Positions 1 to 9,004 of a DNA stretch of 64,000 nt are shown piece by piece. Origin of the DNA: an uncultured Candidatus Saccharibacteria bacterium. Its GTDB lineage: Bacteria > Patescibacteriota > Saccharimonadia > Saccharimonadales > Saccharimonadaceae. The notes under the pieces were generated by a model. The model saw only the letters and a program-made list of their open reading frames with translations. It ran no database searches and was not told where the DNA came from. The position numbers were made by a program, and so were the translations under genes. The stretch spans positions 764-64,763 of the forward strand of contig CAYTPD010000003.1 of the NCBI GenBank assembly GCA_964439975.1, written 5' to 3'. The first letter of the stretch is position 1; the number at the start of each line of letters is the position of its first letter.

Positions 1-366
1 CACCTCTATCGAGGTGTTCGTTTCTGTCGGGATGCTGAGAGCCACCATAACATCTTCCGCCACAGTCGCGGGGTCGCTGTTATGAACTGCTACGCGCAGA
101 AGCAAGCGCTGGCCGTTCTCGACGGTCAATGTCTTGGGCTGCTGACCCGGCTCATAGGCGACATGCTCTCCTCGCTCGGAGATCGGATATACTGCCATAA
201 AACTTGCCTCATTACCGAACGGTCCATCGCTCAGCGGATTCAGCGTCACCGCGCCCAGGCCTCCTGTTTTAAGTCAGAACGCGGTCATTACCAACACGAC
301 GGCAATGATTGTCAGGGCAATATTAACACGGAACAATTTTGCTCGGGAAGTCGGATTTTTCAACAT
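1..366 (-). pseudogene. 5' part of a membrane-anchored/secreted surface-protein gene (runs off the window), frame broken by an in-frame TGA at 274-276
   Basis: Own translation of the minus strand: GGAGGAG, 6 nt, then ATG at 366. The frame reads MLKNPTSRAKLFRVNIALTIIAVVLVMTAF-TGA-LKTGGLGAVTLNPLSDGPFGNEASFMAVYPISERGEHVAYEPGQQPKTLTVENGQRLLLRVAVHNSDPATVAEDVMVALSIPTETNTSIEV and stays open to position 1. It is absent from the ORF track because it is open-ended. Confidence 0.45.
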
Positions 367-519
367 GGCTATCTCCTCCAAAATAAATATGTTATAAGAA
401 TTGCGTCATCGTATATTCTTTGTCCTAAAATAAAGCACACACGAAATCCGCAATCCTTACCACAACAGAGAAGATTGCTAACTCATTCTCAAGGTACCTA
501 GCGCTGGGCTATACTACCA

Positions 520-547
520 TTGTAGCATACTTTACCTAAAAAGTCAA
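520..547 (-). promoter_or_regulatory. sigma70-type promoter for the minus-strand gene starting at 366
   Basis: Minus strand reads TTGACT (rc of 542-547), N16, TACAAT (rc of 520-525). Confidence 0.5.
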
Positions 548-585
548 TACTAATTATGCTTATTCTCGGGATGCGCAACTTTATC

Positions 586-613
586 TTGAACTACCAGTAA
601 AATCGTGTATGAT
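586..613 (+). promoter_or_regulatory. promoter of the HD-domain gene with leaderless geometry
   Basis: TTGAAC 586-591, N16 ending in TG, TATGAT 608-613. The ATG at 620 lies 6 nt after the -10 and there is no SD. Confidence 0.55.
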
Positions 614-619
614 ATACCT

Positions 620-2035
620 ATGCACACCTCCGAAAAACCTGCTAACACAGCCTCTCCCACCCTCGACCAGGTCGACCCTGGTCTGAAATCCTATATCGAG
701 ACTCACATCTTCCCAGAATACTCCAAAAATGATTGGGGTCATCAGCTCGGACACATCAATTATGTTATTCGTCGCAGTTTCGAGTTCGCCAAACTTGCTT
801 GGACATCAGAGAACGACGAGCTCTTCAACCCCAACATTATCTATACCGTCGCCACCTATCACGACCTTGGCCATCATATCGACGCCGCTCACCACGAAAA
901 GGTCTCCGCCAAGATGGTTTGCGAAGATCGGCAGCTCCGCCAATTTCTTTCTGCCGAAGAAATCGAGACCATCGCCGAGGCCATCGAAGACCATCGTTCT
1001 CATCGCGAGAAACCTCCGCGTAGCATCTATGGCCGGCTTGTCGCCTCCGCCGATTGTAACATTAATATCGACGTTATGCTTCGTCGCACCTATACCTATC
1101 GCCTACGCAATTTTAGCAACTTTTCTCTCGACGAAATTATCTGCGACGCCCGTCAACATCTCGCTAGCAAATACGGCAAGCAAGGTTATGCGCTCAAGAA
1201 GATGTTCTTCGACGACCCAGAGTTTTCTAATGCTTTGAAAGAACTTCAAGATCTCACCGCCGACGAACAACGTTTCCGCCAGCGTTTTCTCGAGGTTAAC
1301 CATCTCGAGCACTCTTACGCGCTCGAGCAACAACTCTCCCGCTATCTCGCGAAAGTTAATCCCGACTTAAAATCTTATGTCGAATCCACCATTCTCCCGC
1401 AATATGCCCAGAACGACCGCGCCCACGGCATCCTCCATATTTGCGAAGTCATCCGTCGCGCCTTCCTTCTCGACGAAGCCTTTTCTCTCCAGCTTGACCC
1501 GAACCTAATTTATACTATTGCCGCCTATCACGACCTCGGCAAGCATATTGATAGCGACCGTCATGAAATTATTTCCGCCGAACTTTTCCGCAAAGATGCG
1601 AAGGTTCGCGACTACCTTTCCCCCGAAGAAGCTAAGATCGTCGCCGAAGCCATCGAGGACCACCGCTCTTCTAAATCAGACGCCCCGCGCTCGACCTATG
1701 GCAAGCTCATTTCCTCCGCCGATCGCAACACCCGCGTCGAAATGGTTTTCATTCGCAGTTTCTTCGTCGGCAAAGACCGCCAGCCCGAAACTACCGTTGC
1801 TGATTTTCTCGATTTCACTTTTCATCGTCTCGCGAAGCGCTATAGTGAAACCGACCCCGAGAATATGTTTTATGCCGACCAAGAGTACCAAGATTTTCTC
1901 GCCGAAATACGCCAACTTCTCCAGGATAAAGTCGCTTTTGAAGACCGTTATTGTAATGTTAATCAAATCTCTTCGCGCGACCACGCTCTCGCCGAAGAGC
2001 CTGGCGTCGAAATCTCGCCCGTAATTTTAATCTAA
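620..2035 (+). CDS. HD-domain metal-dependent phosphohydrolase made of two tandem homologous modules
   Basis: ORF track 605..2035; ATG at 620 preferred. Both halves repeat DPxLKSY(I/V)E..I.P.Y, (T/A)YHDLG(H/K)HID and AEAIEDHRS motifs. Confidence 0.8.
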   Translation: MHTSEKPANTASPTLDQVDPGLKSYIETHIFPEYSKNDWGHQLGHINYVIRRSFEFAKLAWTSENDELFNPNIIYTVATYHDLGHHIDAAHHEKVSAKMVCEDRQLRQFLSAEEIETIAEAIEDHRSHREKPPRSIYGRLVASADCNINIDVMLRRTYTYRLRNFSNFSLDEIICDARQHLASKYGKQGYALKKMFFDDPEFSNALKELQDLTADEQRFRQRFLEVNHLEHSYALEQQLSRYLAKVNPDLKSYVESTILPQYAQNDRAHGILHICEVIRRAFLLDEAFSLQLDPNLIYTIAAYHDLGKHIDSDRHEIISAELFRKDAKVRDYLSPEEAKIVAEAIEDHRSSKSDAPRSTYGKLISSADRNTRVEMVFIRSFFVGKDRQPETTVADFLDFTFHRLAKRYSETDPENMFYADQEYQDFLAEIRQLLQDKVAFEDRYCNVNQISSRDHALAEEPGVEISPVILI

Positions 2036-2050
2036 AGGAGCAATACGCCT

Positions 2051-2239
2051 ATTGAATACGAACAAATCCCCCAACTTTCCGGCGTCAACCCCGATCTTCG
2101 CGCCTATGTTGAAGCCGAAATTTTCCCGCGCTATACTAAGTTTTTCTCGCATAGCATCAAACACATCCATCATGTCATCGCGAACGCCCTCATGCTCGCC
2201 GAGTTTTACCATAAAGATTTCGACATCGCCTATGTTGCC
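2051..2239 (+). pseudogene. N-terminal ~60 codons of a third HD-domain module with no canonical start, cut off just before the HD motif
   Basis: Same frame as 620..2035, separated only by TAA 2033-2035. Reads ...GVNPDLRAYVEAEIFPRYTKFFSHSIKHIHHVIANALMLAEFYHKDFDIAYVA, homologous to the module N-termini. No ATG/GTG/TTG in frame before 2192. Confidence 0.6.
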
Positions 2240-3268
2240 CCGCAAGGTTATCTAAACTCACGAGATGAAAATAATCAGCCAACGATCATCATTGACCCAG
2301 ACCGTTTTTATGTACTTCAACGGATGTTTAAGTTATATTTGACTGGAAATTATAGTGTACTAGATTTGCTCAGTATTTTGAACGACGATTATCACTTTAC
2401 TACATTGAAGCGTAAGAAAATTGGTGGTAAACCTTTAACTCTGGGTGGTCTACACGGTATTTTAGAAAACACATTTTACATGGGTAAGGTTAGAGATATT
2501 GAGGATAGAAATATCTTTCATCAAGGAGCATGGCAACCCATGATTACTGAAGATGAATACTGGAGGGTTCAACGTTTAAAAAGTAAGTATGCCGAAGATC
2601 ATAATTTGAGGTCAACAACACTTGTTAAATCTGCTCGCTATGAACTCAAAGGTTTGCTAAGTTGTGCGAGCTGTGGCTGTGCGATTATTGGAGAACACCA
2701 TGATCGTCCACTAGCTGACGGCACCTTTGCTGAGCATATGTATTATAAATGCACCAAGAAAAGCCCTTATCGTAAATGCAATATGCACGGAACTATCAGC
2801 GAGGAAGAAGCGTTTAGGCAAATCGACGCAATTCTTGACCACTATATACTCCATCCACTACTATATCAGTGGGCTATGAAAATCTTAGACAAGATTAGGG
2901 AAAAAGAACTTTTGGAAAGATATGACGTTGCTAAAATCAAAAATGCGAGCATGGATGATTGCGAAAAGCAGCTTCACGAACTCGTAAGTATGCGTACTCG
3001 TGGAATTATTGATGATGAGCTGTTTGCTAGAGGGTCTAAACGTATTCAGTCTTTAATGGAAGATATTAAACGTTCTACCGAAGACAATGAGGAACGTCAA
3101 CGTAAATGGTATGAGGTCATTGGCAAAACTCTCAACACCCTTACAAGCCCTAAAGAAAAGTTTGACCTAGCTGAAGATATTGGTGAACGTAGATCAATCC
3201 TGCTCGCTATTGGTCCAAAAGTCACTCTCCGCCAAGTTTACGATATTAGCGAACTAAACGAAGAATAA
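2240..3268 (+). pseudogene. large serine recombinase remnant (recombinase domain, zinc ribbon, coiled coil) lacking the N-terminal catalytic resolvase domain
   Basis: ORF 2192..3268 switches at codon 17 from HD-like sequence to PQGY...IIIDPDRFYVLQRMFKLYLTGNYSVLDLLSILN...GLLSCASCGCAIIGEHH...YYKCTKKSPYRKC. DNA becomes visibly AT-richer from about 2250. Fused in frame to the HD remnant. Confidence 0.65.
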
Positions 3269-3468
3269 TCGTCATTCCACAAAAAACCGCCAAGGCTATA
3301 ACGGCCAAAATTATAGAGGTAAAACCATACAAATGGGTTGAGATTATAGATAAAGGCAAAAGACAAATTAAGCAAGAATTGTTAGAAAACTCCCTCTCTG
3401 GGGCATTAACAAAAAATTCGCCCATTTTACAGGGGTCGAATTCACTAAAATCACATTTATATAAACTG

Positions 3469-3544
3469 TGGTCGGGGCGACCTGACTCGAACAGGCGACC
3501 TCGGCGTCCCAAACACCGCGCGCTACCAACTGTGCTACGCCCCG
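3469..3544 (-). tRNA. tRNA-Pro (anticodon TGG), CCA encoded
   Basis: Manual cloverleaf: CGGGGCG TA GCAC AGTTGGTA GCGC G CGGTG TTTGGGA CGCCG AGGTC GCCTG TTCGAGT CAGGT CGCCCCG A CCA. C1-G72 is typical of bacterial tRNA-Pro. One A-C mismatch in the D stem. Confidence 0.85.
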
Positions 3545-3736
3545 ATGATTACATTATATCATATAATTCCGATCTAGGAATAATTTATCGACGCAAAAAT
3601 CTTGCCACATCTTTGACTATTCCCTATCTAGTTATAGATGAGTCTACAGTTATATCTCAGCTCAGAAAAGACCTCTGACAATCTTTTATCTACACCCAGT
3701 TATTACACCTTGATCGTCCAAAAACCACGATAAATT

Positions 3737-3991
3737 TTACAGAAGTTCAGACACTGCGAGCGAAGCTAAGGTTAAGCCGTCTTGAATCAATCCTTCGTCA
3801 ACCATTCGTCGCAGTCGTTCTATGCTCACGAATTTGCGCTCCAAGATTTCATCAACCATCTCACTGAACCTCGCAGTTTTATCTGCTTGATTAGAGTTAA
3901 CCTCAGCGAGAAACGGATTTTCTCCCAGCTCAATGCCCTCCATAATAAGTTCCCAGGATTTTCTACCGATCGGGTAGCGATAAGATTGCAT
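3737..3991 (-). CDS. small hypothetical protein downstream of rsmD
   Basis: ORF track 3737..3997, with ATG at 3991. Helical-looking composition, same direction and 10 nt after the rsmD stop. No SD seen. Confidence 0.35.
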   Translation of the reverse strand: MQSYRYPIGRKSWELIMEGIELGENPFLAEVNSNQADKTARFSEMVDEILERKFVSIERLRRMVDEGLIQDGLTLASLAVSELL

Positions 3992-4001
3992 GATCAATAT
4001 C

Positions 4002-4697
4002 TCATATTTGAGGATTTGACCTAATAAAGTTCCGACTTTGATCAGCGTCTTTCTTTACTCGACGATAGAGAGTAATCTGTGCGCCAGCATAAGTTTTGTT
4101 ATTAATAATTGTCAAATTTGCTAATTCAGCTAAACTGTTTGCGCTTGACTTTTTTGGGTGAGACAAGGCAAGAATTCCATCGTCTTTTAGATAAGTCAAC
4201 AATTTAGCGATTTCCGCTGGATCAAAGTGTTCATATGGAGGATCAGCGATAATGAGGTCAAATTTTATATCAGCTTGGTCAGGAGCGCCAGTCTGGCTAG
4301 CGCTAATGTGAGTAAAATTACTATTCGCTGATAACTTAGCGACGTCGCCGACGATGATGCGTGCTAGTTGTTGCTCAAGTTGAAAAGTGGGCGGATTTTC
4401 GCTTTGCTTGAGGAAGCCAAGTTCGGTGAGGTTGTCGGAAATTAATCGCGCTACTGCTGGCACTTTTTCGACAAAAATTACTTCTTGTACGCCACGACTA
4501 AGTGCCTCGAGTCCGACTGCGCCACTCCCAGCGTAAGCATCCAGCACCTTAGTCTGGCTGGACAAATAAGGTTGAAGCATATTTAAAAGAGCGTTTTTCT
4601 CGCGAGACCCCATCGGATGAACACGTCGGTCTTGGGGTGAAGCCAGCTTCCGGCCACGAAATTTTCCACTGACGATCTGAATTGTGGGATTATACAT
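4002..4697 (-). CDS. rsmD: 16S rRNA (guanine966-N2)-methyltransferase RsmD
   Basis: IVSGKFRGRKL, VLDAYAGSGAVGLEALSRG and DLIIADPPY motifs. GAGGA SD upstream of the ATG. Confidence 0.85.
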   Translation of the reverse strand: MYNPTIQIVSGKFRGRKLASPQDRRVHPMGSREKNALLNMLQPYLSSQTKVLDAYAGSGAVGLEALSRGVQEVIFVEKVPAVARLISDNLTELGFLKQSENPPTFQLEQQLARIIVGDVAKLSANSNFTHISASQTGAPDQADIKFDLIIADPPYEHFDPAEIAKLLTYLKDDGILALSHPKKSSANSLAELANLTIINNKTYAGAQITLYRRVKKDADQSRNFIRSNPQI

Positions 4698-4814
4698 ATT
4701 TTATTCCTCGTATTTTAGGAGATCTTCGTAGATCTCGCGAAGCTTAGTTTACCTAATTATAACTCTAAATCTGCCGAACGGTCGCTCCGGAAGTACGGCA
4801 ATAGTTCAAAATCA

Positions 4815-5702
4815 TTATTTTTTGTCTTTATTCTTCGAAGTAGAGCGAAGACGCAAATTTGAGGGTCGCGTCAGATGATAAGCTTCTTCAACCGCTGAAA
4901 ACCAAAGTAGCGCAATCACTTTAGCAATAGTTGGGAGAAGAACTTTTTTAGTCTCGAGCGCAAGCTGTGTGGTCCAACCCTCCGTACGAAAGCGCTCATA
5001 CATTCTCAGGCCAGCAATTTTTTCCAAAGCATCCAAAAAAGCCTGCTCTGGATCAACATGCTTAAAGCTAGCTTTGGGGATTTTTGGCATTAAAGCGTGA
5101 CGTGGCAAGCTTGCCGCAATAATTACAATACCATATTCGAAGCCAACATGCTTCGTCATAACACCACCAGCCCCCCAATAAAGCCAGTTATTCCGAGCGG
5201 TTTCTAGACCATTTCGGCCGTGCATAATTCCCTTCACTGGCTCGCCGAAAACCTTGACAAATTCCTTATTAGTCATTAGTTCTTCTTTTGTATCAGAGAG
5301 AGGATAATGGTGCGCTGGCGTCAGACCGTCAGCTATGTAATGCGCCATCCAGGCCGCCTCAAAGGCTGCACGCAAGTCATCGTGTTTTTTTAGAGCTTGC
5401 ATTAAATTCCAACGATGGTCTAAAATGACTTGCAAGAGTTTCATGTCCTTATCTTGCGGTTGTAAACTTTCGTCCAATGTGAGCATATGAGACGGTTCAT
5501 CTTGTCCAGGACTTTTACGTTTCAGTCCGTCTGGACCCCGGACGCCTTCAAAATAAATAATCTCTTTACTGCTGGGGAAATAACGTCCTCGAGGTAGATG
5601 ACGCGCCAAAATTTGGCGAGCAGCCTGATCAAGTTGTTGGTGCGTGCCAATCAACTTACCGGAAAGCTTTGAATTTTTCACTAAGGCAGTAGTAGAATAC
5701 AT
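4815..5702 (-). CDS. hypothetical protein, possibly zinc-dependent phospholipase C / P1-nuclease-like fold
   Basis: 295-aa ORF. The GTHQQL...AA and HYIADGLTPAHH histidine motifs are reminiscent of that superfamily. This is from memory only. Confidence 0.5.
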   Translation of the reverse strand: MYSTTALVKNSKLSGKLIGTHQQLDQAARQILARHLPRGRYFPSSKEIIYFEGVRGPDGLKRKSPGQDEPSHMLTLDESLQPQDKDMKLLQVILDHRWNLMQALKKHDDLRAAFEAAWMAHYIADGLTPAHHYPLSDTKEELMTNKEFVKVFGEPVKGIMHGRNGLETARNNWLYWGAGGVMTKHVGFEYGIVIIAASLPRHALMPKIPKASFKHVDPEQAFLDALEKIAGLRMYERFRTEGWTTQLALETKKVLLPTIAKVIALLWFSAVEEAYHLTRPSNLRLRSTSKNKDKK

Positions 5703-5755
5703 AATAAAGTCTACTTATATTCTACCATATTTTGCCAAAAAATGGGGGTTTGTGG

Positions 5756-7822
5756 CTAGTTTAAGGTTGTAAGTTGCTGATATTTTTTAATTCGTCCGAG
5801 TAACTCTGGATAATCCTTGAGTTGCTCAGGCTTTTTAGCAAATTCGCCAGCATGATGACTAGCCTGAGCGATTAATTCTGCATCTGTCAAGTTGGCAACC
5901 TGGAGGTCTAATTCACCGTGTTGCATAGCGCCATAGATTTCGCCTGGTCCACGAATTTTTAGATCTACTTCGGCGAGGTGAAAGCCGTCGGTCGATTTTT
6001 CCATCTCCCGCAGTCGCTTCGATGGTTTTCCGTCCGCGGTTGTCAAGAGGTAACAACTAGCCGGTTGATCGCCTCGCCCGACTCGTCCGCGAAGCTGATG
6101 AAGTTGAGCTAGTCCATAGCCTTCCGCATCCTGAATAACAATCATATTGGCGTTTGGTACGTTTACACCCACTTCAACCACGGTAGTAGAAACTAAAATT
6201 TGGATCTTGTTTCGTGCAAATTCATCCATAATATGATCTTTTTCATCAGGTTTCATCTTGCCGTGCAACATAGCAACCGTCACGTCTGGGAAGAGTTTGG
6301 TGAGTTTTTCAGCCTGCTTCTTGACTGGCGTCGCTGTGTTGGTATTCTTTTCCTCAATGACTTGACAAATCCAATAAATTTGCTGGCCTTTAGCTAGAAT
6401 TTCGCGCATTTTCGGATATAATTCATCGGTCTGTGAGACTTCCGGCAAGATCTTAGTAGTGATCGGTTGACGGCCCGGTGGCAGTTCGTTAACAATCGAG
6501 ACATCGAGATCGCCAAAAATAGTCAATTGTAAAGAGCGGGGGATCGGCGTGGCAGTCATCGAAAGCAGATGTGGCGCAGTATCAGGCGGAGATTTTAGCA
6601 GTAATTTTTGGCGCTGACCAACACCAAAACGATGTTGTTCATCAATAATACAAAACGCTAAAGATTGAAAATGGGTATCATCGGTCAGTAGGGCGTGAGT
6701 ACCGATAACAACATCGATCTGCCCTTCCTGAATCAACTTCTTCAGCATGCGCTTACGGGGAGTCGATCCAATCAAAAGCGCAATGCGTGGCACACGTAGA
6801 TGAGAAAATTTTGCGACCAATTGGTCGAACAAGGTCTGCAAACTTTCGAAATGTTGCGTGGCAAGGATCGCGGTCGGCGCCAGGAGGGCAGTTTGGTGAC
6901 CGTCTTGGGTAGCTTGGGCCGCCGCAATCGCAGCGACAATAGTTTTTCCAGAGCCAACATCCCCCTGTAAGAGCCTATTCATTGGGGTGGGGCGCTCAAG
7001 ATCTTGGAGAATTTCCCAAGTTGCACGTCGCTGAGCATTCGTCAGGCGAAACGGCAGACTTTGCACTAATTTACGCACAAAATCTTGCTGAAATTTAATC
7101 GGTAGAGATTTTAGGCGGAGGTTTTCCTGTTGATTCAGCTTGGCCGCCAGAATTAGCTCAAACAATTCTTCGTAGGCGAGGTATTGGCGCGCAGTCTCTG
7201 CCTCCTCAGGGGTCTCAGGAAAATGCGAATTATACAAGGCTTCAGCGCGAGCGCCAGGATTGACAAAGTCGGGTCTCCCCTCCGTAAATGGCAATAAATC
7301 TGGGATTTTTGCAAAGTCAGGTCGGAGATTTTCGAGCAATTTTCGGAAAGTTTGGGGTTTAAGCGAACTTTTGGCGGAGTAAATCGGTTGAAAACCGTTG
7401 ACGCTTTCTGCCTCAACATCTTGCGCCAAGGTCGCGGAGGGCGAAGTCAGCTGATAGCGACCGGTTTTGAGCTCGTAGCGACCGGAAAAAAAGTACTCTC
7501 GCTTATCGTCAAATTGTTTGGCGCGATATGGTTGATTAAACCAGATTGTACGAATTGCGCCAGTATGATCACGAATCACACCTTCGGTAATTGTCAAACG
7601 CTTACGGCTAGTACGAATAACTCGCAAATCGCTAATTTTCCCTCGAACAATCACTTTCCCGGGGCGTAAATCTTCGATATTGACCGTGGTTTGATAATTC
7701 TCATAAATGCGAGGCAAAAGATAGACCAAATCGCCAATCGTACACAAGTTTACACGACGCAAAGCTTCGGCAGTGCGCGGTCCAACCCCTTTTACCTCCT
7801 CGATGGGCGCTAACAAATCCAT
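5756..7822 (-). CDS. recG: ATP-dependent DNA helicase RecG
   Basis: GDVGSGKT, DEQHRFGV and QLRGRVGRG motifs. Start moved to ATG 7822 (MDLLAPIEEVKGVG), which sits 7 nt after GTGCTATAAT. Confidence 0.9.
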   Translation of the reverse strand: MDLLAPIEEVKGVGPRTAEALRRVNLCTIGDLVYLLPRIYENYQTTVNIEDLRPGKVIVRGKISDLRVIRTSRKRLTITEGVIRDHTGAIRTIWFNQPYRAKQFDDKREYFFSGRYELKTGRYQLTSPSATLAQDVEAESVNGFQPIYSAKSSLKPQTFRKLLENLRPDFAKIPDLLPFTEGRPDFVNPGARAEALYNSHFPETPEEAETARQYLAYEELFELILAAKLNQQENLRLKSLPIKFQQDFVRKLVQSLPFRLTNAQRRATWEILQDLERPTPMNRLLQGDVGSGKTIVAAIAAAQATQDGHQTALLAPTAILATQHFESLQTLFDQLVAKFSHLRVPRIALLIGSTPRKRMLKKLIQEGQIDVVIGTHALLTDDTHFQSLAFCIIDEQHRFGVGQRQKLLLKSPPDTAPHLLSMTATPIPRSLQLTIFGDLDVSIVNELPPGRQPITTKILPEVSQTDELYPKMREILAKGQQIYWICQVIEEKNTNTATPVKKQAEKLTKLFPDVTVAMLHGKMKPDEKDHIMDEFARNKIQILVSTTVVEVGVNVPNANMIVIQDAEGYGLAQLHQLRGRVGRGDQPASCYLLTTADGKPSKRLREMEKSTDGFHLAEVDLKIRGPGEIYGAMQHGELDLQVANLTDAELIAQASHHAGEFAKKPEQLKDYPELLGRIKKYQQLTTLN

Positions 7823-7922
7823 GAATAATATTATAGCACTCTTCGAGATCAAAAAGGCTTTTTAGCAACTAGCCTTGACCTCTGTTTAGACCTTTATTCG
7901 GATTAGATTGAACTGGACTAAG

Positions 7923-8813
7923 TTAAGCTTCACCACTATGCTCGGCGCGCCACTGCGCGATTGCTGCATGGTTGCCCGATAACAAAACATCCGGTACTGT
8001 CATACCCCGAAAATCATAGGGCTTAGTATATTGAGGATATTCAAGGTTGTTTCCGGCAGAAAAACTCTCGGCGAGCGCTGAATTTTCTCCTCCTAGGACC
8101 CCTGGTAGAAGCCGTGTAACACTATCGATAATGATGAGAGCCGCCAATTCCCCGCCGGTGAGAATATAGGGTCCCAGCGAGATCTGATGGTCAATAATTG
8201 ACAAAATGCGCTGATCATAGCCTTCGTAATGTGGACAAATTATGATAAAATGGCGTTTTAGGGCATTTTCAGGCGTTTTTAGCAAGGTTTCGGGCTGGAG
8301 CTTACTGTTTAAGCCTTTTTCGTCACCGACGGCTGTGGTGAGACCTGAGCGGTGTCTCAGACAATTTGACGGATTTTCCAACTTTCCGGAGCGCGAAAAA
8401 TCGCCGTTTTGCCCTTCTGCGGTGCGTAGAGGGGCTTTGCCAGCGCTGACACTAATTTGAGCCACTTCGCGCGAATCTTGAGCTGAACTACAAACACCGG
8501 CGAACTGGCGCGCTAGGGTTTGATCCCAAGTCAAACCAACTGGGGTAGGCAGAATTGTCTCGGCCCCGGGATCTTGAGCCTTAACACGCTCGATAGCTGC
8601 AAAAACTGGTTCGCAACGCAGGAGCATACCGTCGCCACCACCGTACGGTGTATCATCAACTGATTTATGAGGACCAAGCCCAAAATCGCGCAGATTAAGA
8701 TATTCAATTTCAAGAATCTCGCGTCGTTGCGCCTTGTAGAGCATTGAGGAATCAAGATAAGGACGTAAAGCTTCGGGGAAAAGGGTAATGATAGTGAATT
8801 TAATTTTTTGCAT
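7923..8813 (-). CDS. trmD: tRNA (guanine37-N1)-methyltransferase TrmD with an ~80-aa internal insertion
   Basis: LFPE, DDTPYGGGDGM, CPHYEGYDQR, ILTGGELAALIIIDSVTRLLPGVLG and LLSGNHAAI motifs. Residues ~107-186 have no counterpart in E. coli TrmD (recalled sequence). Confidence 0.85.
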   Translation of the reverse strand: MQKIKFTIITLFPEALRPYLDSSMLYKAQRREILEIEYLNLRDFGLGPHKSVDDTPYGGGDGMLLRCEPVFAAIERVKAQDPGAETILPTPVGLTWDQTLARQFAGVCSSAQDSREVAQISVSAGKAPLRTAEGQNGDFSRSGKLENPSNCLRHRSGLTTAVGDEKGLNSKLQPETLLKTPENALKRHFIIICPHYEGYDQRILSIIDHQISLGPYILTGGELAALIIIDSVTRLLPGVLGGENSALAESFSAGNNLEYPQYTKPYDFRGMTVPDVLLSGNHAAIAQWRAEHSGEA

Positions 8814-8846
8814 AATTATGCTCTATTATAGCATATTTTTTAATAT

Positions 8847-8874
8847 AAAATCAGCCCCTTGCGAGGCTGATTTT
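8847..8874 (-). terminator. intrinsic terminator hairpin (bidirectional geometry)
   Basis: AAAATCAGCC (8847-8856), loop CCTTGCGA, GGCTGATTTT (8865-8874). T-runs follow on both strands. Confidence 0.65.
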
Positions 8875-8998
8875 AAAGCTGATCCGCGCCCACCCTATGG
8901 GGCACATTAGTTTTGTTTTAATCCGCTGTTTTTATTTTCGTTTCGTCTCCACACTCCACTATTTTTCAGTGGAACCCCTGTGAAGCGTACCAGCTTAT
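8847..8998 (-). ncRNA. candidate ~150-nt structured small RNA bounded by a promoter and a terminator (identity unknown)
   Basis: Minus-strand TTGACG-N15-TGTGC-TATAAA promoter (9005-9031). An 8-bp closing helix pairs 8989-8996 with 8876-8883. Internal hairpin CCACU-GAAAAAU-AGUGG at 8956-8972. Terminator at 8847-8874. No ORF. Confidence 0.35.
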
Positions 8999-9004
8999 GT
9001 TTAT

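Noticed and set aside
274-276. Alternative genetic code (TGA read as Gly or Trp) for the whole genome
   Set aside because: Long conserved genes (tuf, dnaE, recG, uvrB, eno) contain no in-frame TGA. TGA also serves as the stop at several gene ends, including ATGA overlaps (17740, 14327) and the MBL gene at 62557.
82-501. 139-aa plus-strand ORF at the window start
   Set aside because: It lies antisense to a minus-strand gene that has a strong RBS and a signal/anchor helix. It has no RBS or promoter of its own, and its composition is Cys/His/Gln-rich and odd.
3379-3678. ORFs overlapping tRNA genes (3379..3678, 22025..22252, 22678..22869)
   Set aside because: Each runs straight through a well-folding tRNA (Pro-TGG, Arg-TCG, Arg-CCG). 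They are artefacts of open frames in structured RNA genes.
8242-8460. 72-aa plus-strand ORF opposite the TrmD insertion as an independent gene
   Set aside because: It has no start signals. The TrmD frame is continuous and in register across the segment, so the insertion is more simply part of TrmD.
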